A program made the position numbers and the translations under genes. Under the pieces are notes generated by a model. The model had not been told where the DNA came from, searched no databases, and saw only the letters and a program-made list of their open reading frames with translations. Shown in pieces: positions 52,501 through 60,179 of a DNA stretch of 60,179 nucleotides. Source of the stretch: Girardia tigrina (taxonomy: Eukaryota); assembly GCA_001938485.1 (NCBI GenBank), contig MQRK01251260.1, forward strand, positions 1-60,179. Direction: 5' to 3'. Each line of letters begins with the position of its first letter. Position 1 is the first letter of the stretch.

Positions 52501-55500
52501 GAATATTTTGAATGTTTGATGTTTTGTGTTTGAATGTTGTGTGTTGATTTGGGATTATGTCTCTCCTAACCAGATGGACTATTAATATTTTAATATATTA
52601 TTAAAATATCGGAATCGTGTGGTTGTCGGACCGGCAACAGTCGCTGTAAGAGAACACGGCGTCCATGGCAACCGAGTCACTGATTGTTGACGATTGGCGG
52701 CCAATCTTCCCGATTAACTGATCGATCGTCCAATCGCAATTGATTCGATAACTGAAATAAATCGATTTCTTCATCGATTGTTCTTTGATTTGAAATACGA
52801 GTTCGTTTGGGTGAACGAAAATGTGATTTTTGCCACTAGAANNNNNNNNNNNNNNNNNNNNNNNNNNNNNNNNNNNNNNNNNNNNNNNNNNNNNNNNNNN
52901 NNNNNNNNNNNNNNNNNNNNNNNNNNNNNNNNNNNNNNNNNNNNNNNNNNNNNNNNNNNNNNNNNNNNNNNNNNNNNNNNNNNNNNNNNNNNNNNNNNNN
53001 NNNNNNNNNNNNNNNNNNNNNNNNNNNNNNNNNNNNNNNNNNNNNNNNNNNNNNNNNNNNNNNNNNNNNNNNNNNNNNNNNNNNNNNNNNNNNNNNNNNN
53101 NNNNNNNNNNNNNNNNNNNNNNNNNNNNNNNNNNNNNNNNNNNNNNNNNNNNNNNNNNNNNNNNNNNNNNNNNNNNNNNNNNNNNNNNNNNNNNNNNNNN
53201 NNNNNNNNNNNNNNNNNNNNNNNNNNNNNNNNNNNNNNNNNNNNNNNNNNNNNNNNNNNNNNNNNNNNNNNNNNNNTACGTATGCGCCGATCTTGAGCGA
53301 CCTCACGGGCGGTCTCTGCCACACGTTCCCGATCCTCGTAACACGGTTCTCATTGCACGAGCGCAGCCAAATCGACGTGCTCATCCACCAGATCGGCATC
53401 GAGGACCACGAGCCGGCGATTCTCGCAATCTTCGACAATCAATCGATTCTCGTCCGGTGAATGCCTCACGCATGGTCAGAGGATCACATCTCGTTTCTGT
53501 GTCGCCTCTTCCACCATGAGTCCGACGCGGTCGAAGAGATCCCCAAATTTTGGTGTCAGAAGTGGGATTTTATGTATATATATTTAATATTTATAAATAC
53601 TGATAAAAATTTGTGTCACTACACTTATTTATGTTCAAAGCACAGTTTTTTCATTCTAGATTGAGATTTTTCAATAATTTACATTAATTTAATATAAAAA
53701 AACACTGAATATTTTGGCTGTTATATGAATTATACGTTTTGAAAATTTATTTGAGATTTAACTCTATATACATTATACCCGTCATACATGACGGGTGATT
53801 TACTAGTTCTTATTATTTGAAAATATGTAATGTTTAAATTTATTTCTAATTTAAAATAATTTTACAATTTTAAATAAGTTAATTAATTTTATTTACAATT
53901 TTTAATAAATAAATCAAATTAATATTTTTTAAATAATTAATATTCATTTTAATTTTTATCCAATAAATTTTGAGTAAACATTTTAACAAATTATTTATAT
54001 CACCATTTGCTAAAAATAATTATATTAAAGTCATATAGTTACATTTAATGTTACAAATATTACATTTAATGTCCCCTCATTCTGATCAGTACTTGTGCTG
54101 CTATTGTTAAATAAATAATTCACAAAACCTTTTTTTATTTTTTTATCACTTAGTATTATTTTATCACTCACGAGAACATGAAATTTAATAAAACTATCGA
54201 GGATTCCCAATTACAATTAAATTAGCGAATAGCTATCAATCTGGCCACTGATATCGCATAGAAAAAGACTTACCTCTATTTAACGAAGTATTTTTTCGGT
54301 CCCTTCCACTTCGTTAAATAGAGGTTCGACTGTAATGAGGTTAATTAAGTAACGTTGCCCTAAAATCAATGTTCAATTAGCATTCTCAGCAGGCTTATTG
54401 AGAATTTTTGATAATCGTGATGTCACGGAATCGATTACATAATCATTATTTTTGCATTTATATACAGGTGAATTAATTATTAATCAGTGATCTGAAGATG
54501 ACGGTTCATCCGTCAAAATATATTTTATTTTTTTAATAATTTTATTGTAAATAAAACATGTTTTCAACAAATATTCTCAGTAAAAATAGCAGTTTTGGTA
54601 AGAAAAATATTTTCATTAAATAAAATGAACACTGATGACAGAAAATCACCAAACAATACAAATTAAAAAAAATAAATTCTTACCGACAGCATTAGCAAGT
54701 CCAGCCGGATCATTGGGCTCATTATTCTGCTGATTATTAGGCTGCTGCTGATTATTGTGTTGATTCTGCTCGTTATTCCTCATCTCGAGCCATTCAGGCC
54801 CTCCATTTAACATGATCTGCTCGCGCACCCACATAAAACATACAAAAGTACCAAGAGTCAGGCCGACCACAACGATACCGTAGAGACAGTCGATGAAAAC
54901 GTGCTCCGTGGAGAGCATATCGAGCGGTAGCGTCAGTAGACTACTGACAGAGCCAGTGAAGAGAGACCGGCAGATTCTACACGCGGTCAGTGGGACAACC
55001 AGTAACCAAGCAAGTGCTACCAGACTGTAGTGGAGCCAAGATAGAACGGCTCNNNNNNNCCCCGCCACGAGGATTGCCACCGGTAGCCGGGTTGGCATGT
55101 CGGCCGAGTAGATCGGGGCGAACGCAAATTTGTGCTTACACAACTCGCAAAACTCGCGCTTGCTGTGTTTTAGCCACTGCATTAGGCTATTATCGACCAT
55201 CAATCAATAATGTATCAAAAATTATGAAAAATATTTTGAAATATTAGAAAAAAATATTTATTTTAGTAATTAATTTCGATGCATTACCCAATGTCATATT
55301 CAGACTAAATTAACGTTAGTTGTTAAAGCTTTTATATGATGATAAGTGTTGATTGTGCAATCAATTGTCGTTAAGGTTCTGTTTAAAAAGAGAGGTTGAG
55401 TGTGAAGCTTGGATATTAATTTTTAGGTCCATTGATCTTATTGATAAGGCTTCATACTTTACTTTTTCGTTTTCTTCGATTTTATTTTTACATTTTAAAT

Positions 55501-58500
55501 TACGTTCGGCAATATAGATTACATTATCCAATTGACTATGATCTCTGATCCGTTTGCAGAGATGACTAGATGTATTTGTATTTGTATTTCTTCAATACAA
55601 AGAATCCCTTCATTGTATTTATTTCACAGAATCTTTTTTCAACGCTCTTCATCATGACTAAAGTCAAGTTGGGAATTGAAAGTTTTTAAAAAACAATAAA
55701 GATCAATTATTGATGGAACAACTGCAGAAATACTTGCATGACATCCAGTGAAACTCTTCTGGGGTTTGAAAAAGTATGGTTGAGAAGAAGAATGGCAATT
55801 TTTAATCGAAATTCACTTCTTATGCTAGATTCTGCTCCTGGACATGGAACTGTTGAAGTCAAATCGAAATTTGTTGCAAATGGAACCTTAATGGCCATGA
55901 TTCCAGGTGGATTAACGAAAAAATTACAAGTTTTGGATATCAGTGTCAACAAATCATTTGGATGATTAATGGTTATAAGCGATATACGAAATCAGGAAAT
56001 TTGAAGAGAGCTTCATGCGAAGAGATTTGTCAATGGATATCAGAGTCGTGGAGTTCAGTTCCAGTTTCTGCCAACAAAAATGGCTTCAAGAAGACCACAA
56101 TCAATTTTTATCCGAATGAACTCGAAGACGTTGAAGATGTAGTTATTGAGGAAAGCGATGAAGAATCTGAAGAATCTAAAGATGAGGTAGATGAAGATCA
56201 AGGTATTCGTGAGCAGCTCATTGATATTTTGTTGGATGAAAATAATTTTGGTAGCGAAGATGATTAAAAAATATAATATTTTTATGATGGTTAAAAAATA
56301 TAATTGAAAAAGATGGAATTTTTTTAATTTTTGTTTCGTTTTACTAAGGTGCCACTTTTAACTAGAGTTCCACTGTTTACTAAGGTGCTTTCGGGGTAAA
56401 ATTTTGTCTTTTAAAATCTACCAAGGTGCCACCATATAACCATAAAAAAGGGTAATAAAAGTTATGAAATAAGTTTAAATAAATTTTAAAATAGATAATT
56501 AACAGAATAAACTTCGTAATATTTTAAGAAATAATTTTATTTATAAAAACTTATGGTAAATATAAATTAATTAGTTTTTATGATAAAATTTTGTAAAAGT
56601 TCGTAAAATTTCTAAAAATGTAAAATTATTTTAAAGTTTAAAATTTAGCAAATTTTAAAAATTTAATCGATTAATTTTTGGCGAAATAATTGAATAAACA
56701 AATTTGTTTAAATATGTGAATTGCTGATATGAATAAAGATTTTGGTGAAATGAAAGTTGTATAAACGCTACATACAAAGTAGCGACGGGTGGTGTGTACA
56801 AAGGGCAGGGACATAATCAGCGCAAGCTAGCGACTTGCGCTTACTAGGAATTCCTCGTTCAAATGGGATAATTTCAATCCACTATTCCTGACACGACAGT
56901 GATTCAGAAGGTTAGCCGGTCATTTCTAGCTAGGAATAAAACTCAGTGGTACTGCCATTGTAGCGCGCGTGAGGCCCCGGTCATCTAAGAGCATCACAGA
57001 TCGGTTATTGCTCCATTTCATTTAGCTAAGTGCTATTTATTCCTCTAAGAAGTCAGCATTTGCAATTTAACACAAATGTACTATTTAGCAGATGAGAGTC
57101 TCGTTCGTTAACGGGATTAACCAGACAAATCGCTCCATCAACTAAGAGCGGTCATGCACCACCCCCCACCGAATCAAGAAATATTCTTAAATTTAAAAAA
57201 TTGGTTCGTGGAAAAATAAAATTTCTTGTTGATATTATTATTTCTTTCACTATTTAGGCAAGTGTTAAATGTTTAAAGAACTTTTGACTAACCGTGTATT
57301 TAATAAGCGACAAAGCATCAAAAAAAGATTACTAAATTGTCTTTGAGTAGGAGGATATTACGTGATAATAGCGAATATACACAATAATATTTCGATTTAA
57401 ATTCCGAACATAAATAAAACATAAATACATCAAAATTCAGTTATCAACATTGATACTGCTTTACAGTTTCCCTGTTGAGCATGCTTATATTTGTTTGGGT
57501 TTTTTTTAATTTTAATTGAAAACATTTATTGCAATTATTTTTTATTTTATTTTATTTGAATTAATGTGATAATTAATAAATCAAATAAAAACCAACCAGT
57601 CCTGGTGGACGTATTTGATACTGCCCGTGCATAAACACGGATAGAACAATGCTCGATTAAAAGTCGCTCCACACCGACAAACGCGACAGAAATCTAAAAA
57701 TCCGGATAAAAATCAAACGAATAAATAATATTATGGATATAATTGGTTAAAATATGTTTAAAGAAACGATTATTGAACATGTTTTGATGTTTCATTACGG
57801 GCCGATTTACAGACCACGGTCCGGGAACGGGCTCGGATTTCACTAATTATGTAATATATATATATATATATATACTTCGAAATTATAATTTGATTAAAGC
57901 TTTTTTTATATAACTATTGGACATGTTTCGATGTTTACATACATCATCATTAGCAATTTTTGGATGTTTAGTATATGAATATTGAATTGTTTGAATAACA
58001 CAATTTTAATAGATACATTTACTTTAAAAGGTATATTAGGGATTTTATATTATTATTTATTCAAGTATTATTGGGTAATAATGGAAAAAAATATTTTAAT
58101 TAAAAATTTTAAGTATTGAAATAACCTTACTTTGCCCATTCTGAATGTTAATTGATGGGTTATAGTGTCTTATTAGTAGAGATTCACAAAGCTGTCGTTC
58201 GTAATGTGAATCAAAACCCTTTTGTAAAACAGAAAACTCATCTTTTGAAATGGATGAGGTTTTCTCCTTACAACATAACCAATGATCAAGAACCTTACTC
58301 GATCAACTCATTTGCGAGTGCTCGCTAATCCGGGTTTTGAGATGACGATTTGTTTCTCCGATGTACGAGTTTTGACACCCGTGACAATTAAATTTATATA
58401 CCAGATTAGCTTGCAAATCACAAACTGTTTTCGATTTGTTTGAGAGGAAACTTTGAACTTTGGATGTGACAGAGACTATATATATTTTAGCAGTCATCCA

Positions 58501-58598
58501 AACCTAACTTTAAACATTCATGATGACGCTCAAAAATCTTACTTAACTCAGTTTTTCCCTAAAGTTAAATCTACCATCAGTCTCATCATCTCCGTTCT
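23440..58598 (-). CDS. MARCHF6: E3 ubiquitin-protein ligase MARCHF6 (TEB4/Doa10), multi-exon; start exon not found and one internal exon probably in gap 35268-35978
   Basis: Exons: 58575-58598 (tentative), 57597-57693, 54684-55186, 46943-47061, 41959-42199, ~41729-41906, 36509-36623, 36260-36463, 36157-36207, 36011-36111, [gap], 30628-30980, 30366-30576, 23714-23939, 23536-~23662, 23440-23479. Contains [90 protein letters not shown] and C-terminal [20 protein letters not shown]. Confidence 0.95.
25502..26410 (-). mobile_element. mariner (cecropia/Hsmar1-like) remnant
   Basis: [27 protein letters not shown]; TIR ttaggttgttacaaaacc. Confidence 0.85.
26503..28187 (-). mobile_element. Tc1 (DD34E) element with long ~225-bp IR/DR termini, decayed
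   Basis: Long TIRs at 26503-26730 and ~27960-28187 with internal gtccgaat direct repeats; [24 protein letters not shown]. Confidence 0.92.
29148..30316 (+). mobile_element. mariner (mellifera-like), interior mostly gap
   Basis: TIRs ttgggttagccaaaaagtcattgcgtttt and its reverse complement; TA flanks; [19 protein letters not shown] tail. Confidence 0.85.
30366..30980 (-). CDS. MARCHF6: MARCHF6 exons 30628-30980 and 30366-30576
   Basis: [23 protein letters not shown] and [27 protein letters not shown]; 51-nt intron. Confidence 0.9.
31292..31817. mobile_element. MITE/foldback with ~170-bp TIRs
   Basis: ggctatataggtaaa...tttacctatatagcc long inverted repeat. Confidence 0.85.
32023..33084 (+). 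mobile_element. old irritans-like mariner
   Basis: [23 protein letters not shown]; TIRs ggtgacgt(g/t)aaaa(a/g)gtc. Confidence 0.75.
33836..34845 (+). mobile_element. Merlin (IS1595/ISXO2-like) DNA transposon, decayed
   Basis: TIRs gggatcttgt(a/c)aaaat; [20 protein letters not shown]; IHSDE; [17 protein letters not shown]; subterminal ttttataagtg repeats. Confidence 0.9.
35150..35267 (+). mobile_element. Helitron-like non-autonomous element, 5' end
   Basis: ttataaaagcccaagtcactcactgc..cactaacgctg, same family as 49461-49864. Confidence 0.55.
36011..36623 (-). CDS. MARCHF6: MARCHF6 four-exon cluster (TD domain)
   Basis: [26 protein letters not shown]|[22 protein letters not shown]..|[17 protein letters not shown]|[18 protein letters not shown]; introns of 45, 52 and 45 nt. 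Confidence 0.92.
39040..39275 (+). mobile_element. possible Penelope GIY-YIG remnant
   Basis: Degenerate RTRIDLR..H...SPV..ETIA pattern. Confidence 0.35.
39513..40255 (+). mobile_element. IS630/Tc1-like transposase remnant
   Basis: [42 protein letters not shown]. Confidence 0.8.
41000..41545 (+). mobile_element. Penelope-like remnant with degenerate hammerhead motif
   Basis: [19 protein letters not shown]; gacggttaatccgtcgaaattaatcacaat. Confidence 0.55.
41729..42199 (-). CDS. MARCHF6: MARCHF6 exons 41959-42199 and ~41729-41906
   Basis: [34 protein letters not shown]|[10 protein letters not shown]; 52-nt intron; donor of the second exon could be 41729 or 41741. Confidence 0.92.
43891..46533 (-). 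mobile_element. old mariner with nested insertions
   Basis: Matching TIRs ggaaagttctttc(g/t)gtttt at ~43900 and ~46500-46525; [11 protein letters not shown] remnant at ~44125-44160. Confidence 0.55.
44677..45549 (+). mobile_element. mariner (mellifera-like)
   Basis: [37 protein letters not shown]; ggatgtgc/gcacatcc termini. Confidence 0.85.
46943..47061 (-). CDS. MARCHF6: MARCHF6 exon (low-complexity loop)
   Basis: Phase 1 to 0, fitting flanking exons; polypyrimidine-AG acceptor and GT donor. Confidence 0.75.
47467..47558. mobile_element. 92-bp piggyBac-type MITE (hairpin)
   Basis: TTAA on both sides; TIR cacattgaatgctgagtacgagatatctcgtact. Confidence 0.75.
47960..48720 (+). mobile_element. 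mariner (cecropia/Hsmar1-like), 3' half
   Basis: [39 protein letters not shown]; TIR ..aaacaacctaata. Confidence 0.9.
49461..49864 (-). mobile_element. non-autonomous Helitron
   Basis: 5' TC and 3' CTAG at an A|T site; GC hairpin ggccacgaagcgggcc just before CTAG. Confidence 0.7.
50310..51050 (-). mobile_element. Tc1/mariner rosa (DD41D)-like transposase remnant
   Basis: [40 protein letters not shown] motifs. Confidence 0.55.
52620..53568 (+). mobile_element. probable Gypsy LTR followed by a tRNA-Leu PBS; internal region lost
   Basis: GC-rich block ending ..cccca-aattt, then TGGTGTCAGAAGTGGGAT at 53551-53568 (complement of the tRNA-Leu 3' end). Confidence 0.6.
53777..53806 (+). mobile_element. 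Helitron 3' terminus
   Basis: Hairpin acccgtcatacatgacgggt followed by CTAG|T. Confidence 0.6.
54270..54334. repeat. pogo/Tigger-type TIR end with internal palindrome
   Basis: acctctatttaacgaagt..acttcgttaaatagaggttcgactgta. Confidence 0.6.
54684..55186 (-). CDS. MARCHF6: MARCHF6 exon (RING-CH end plus first TM segments)
   Basis: [51 protein letters not shown]; contains a 7-N gap. Confidence 0.95.
55700..56454 (+). mobile_element. pogo/Tigger DDE_1 transposase 3' remnant
   Basis: [47 protein letters not shown]; acidic tail; repeated taaggtgcc near the terminus. Confidence 0.88.
56779..57181 (-). pseudogene. 18S rRNA fragment (3' part), degenerate, in a MARCHF6 intron
   Basis: Reverse complement contains GATTTGTCTGGTTAAT, AACGAGGAATTCCTAGTAAGCGC and TCCCTGCCCTTTGTACACACC; substitutions at invariant positions; abrupt ends. 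Confidence 0.92.
57597..57693 (-). CDS. MARCHF6: MARCHF6 RING-CH exon
   Basis: [33 protein letters not shown] between tttttag and gttggt. Confidence 0.92.
57890..58500 (-). mobile_element. Penelope-like element 3' remnant (GIY-YIG plus hammerhead-like motif)
   Basis: [30 protein letters not shown]; [15 protein letters not shown]. Confidence 0.85.
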
Positions 58599-59580
58599 CT
58601 AGAAGGAAATCGACGAGTGATGTTATGATTATTGGAATAATTGTAAGAATAGAATTATGATTATCTTAATAGACTCAATTTAAGATAATTTATTATTAAC
58701 GAGAAAAAATGTAATATTTTTTTAAGAAATTTTAATTAGTATAATTTTAATTAATATTAGTTTTATTCAGATAATATTTAATAATTTCAAAATATTTTTT
58801 TTAAATTAATTAATTTTGAAAAACAAGAAAATTAGATATTTTTTATTTCAAAATAATGTTTTTAGAAACAAATTGAAATAATTTAATAAAAGTTTTCAAG
58901 ATAACAATTTGATCACCAGGTCAATCCACACTACGTATCAAATTTTAATACACAATATAAATAATTGTTTACATAATTAAACCTAAATAATTTATAAATA
59001 TTTAAAAATAATCAAATATTAACTGAAAAAATTATAAAATAAAAATTTCAAAATAAAAATGTTTGAAAATTAAAATAAAGAATTTTTTAGTACTAATTTA
59101 TGATAATTTATTAAAAATTATTAAATAAAATAAAAAAATATTAAAAAATAAAAGAAATTATTAAATATATAGGTGTGCTTGGTTATCTATACCCCATCGG
59201 TTTAAGAGTATAAATTTATTTAAATAATTTAACTATCAATGCCTTAGACAATCGTATTTGTACATTGTCTTTATCTTTTTAAGTGGATTTATTGATAAAT
59301 TTGTTCCTAACATTTCATTCTTAAATCAATTTTTAATTTATTTCTAAGAACATTATTGTATTTTCAAATTAAAATATATATTTTGCTAAATTTAAAGGTA
59401 TTTGGTTATATTCCTTAATATAAATATGTTAATAAGATTAACAAAGTTATTTTCCTCTTTTTGGAAAAATTGTTAAAATCACTGATAATTGAATTAAAAA
59501 AATAAAGTTAAATCTATTTAAAATTATTTTTACATTAAGTTAAATTAATTTAAAAATCAAAATAAATTCATCAAAATTTA

Positions 59581-59621
59581 TTGTGATCAATTTCGAAGGA
59601 TCAACCGTCATCATCAGACAA
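59581..59621 (-). ncRNA. minimal type I hammerhead ribozyme motif (Penelope-associated)
   Basis: Stem I ttgt/acaa, core CUGAUGA, stem II gacgg/ccttc (one mismatch), GAAA, AUC cleavage triplet. Confidence 0.55.
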
Positions 59622-59810
59622 AAATTAACAATGATTTACTCGTGTTTATCTATCAAAGCAATGTTTAATTAATCATTATGTAACTTAAAAAGCATGAAAA
59701 TACTTTCAATAGTGTGCATATTGAATTTAGGATCAAAGGATTTGATCAACAATGCTTCACACATCATTCTCGTCCAGTAATTATTCAATTATGAACACAA
59801 AATCTTTTAC
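59581..59810 (-). mobile_element. Penelope-like remnant with hammerhead motif
   Basis: NNYWTRMMCEALLIKSFDPKFNM; ttgt-CTGATGA-..-GAAA-ttgatc-acaa. Confidence 0.7.
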
Positions 59811-60179
59811 TAACATTTTTTAATTATTCGATTTTATGATTTTAGAAAAATAGATATTTTATTTCAAAATAAAAGAATGTTTTTTAGAAATAAATTAAAA
59901 TAATTTATTAAATATTTTTAGAATTATTAAAAAAATAGCAGAATTAAATTTCTGATAGAACTGAAACAAAAGAGACATTCAAACAACTCAAATGAAAATA
60001 ATGTACAAAAGAAAATATCCATTTTTAAATATGTGATAAAATAAATATCCGAAAAAAAATCATGTGAAATAACGGATAACATGAAATAGTAGGACACCTA
60101 CTATTTTAATAGTAGGTGGAAAAAAAATTGAAAAGGCGCCCAATATTGGTTTACACCTACTATTTGGTGCTTTTGTTTT

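Noticed and set aside
56779-57181. Functional rRNA gene
   Set aside because: Only a 400-bp piece, with mutations at invariant positions and no ITS or 5.8S.

Overview
AT-rich eukaryotic genomic DNA from a gapped draft assembly. It is probably a triclad flatworm (planarian); this is inferred from a degenerate 18S rRNA fragment, 44-55 nt mini-introns and a heavy mariner load. Two spliced host genes lie on the minus strand: a TEX47/C7orf62-like gene (exons 11871 to 254) and the ERAD E3 ligase MARCHF6/Doa10 (exons from about 58598 to stop at 23440). Their introns are filled with decayed mobile elements: mariner, Tc1, pogo, hAT, Merlin, piggyBac-type MITE, Helitron, RTE, Ty3/Gypsy LTRs, and Penelope remnants carrying hammerhead-like motifs. 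The most unusual part is the intergenic block 12297-21930. Two related, inverted ~750-bp LTRs (TGTTGA...TCAACA) enclose a 4-kb minus-strand cassette. The cassette encodes an ankyrin-repeat segment, a signal-peptide/TM type I glycoprotein, and a frameshifted ~680-aa protein with a REX4/ISG20-like DEDDh 3'-5' exonuclease that the ORF track mostly misses. The right LTR is followed by a tRNA-Lys primer-binding site and an extended Ty3/Gypsy gag. This looks like a decayed large LTR retroelement with accessory cargo genes. All family assignments come from motif recognition; no database searches were run.
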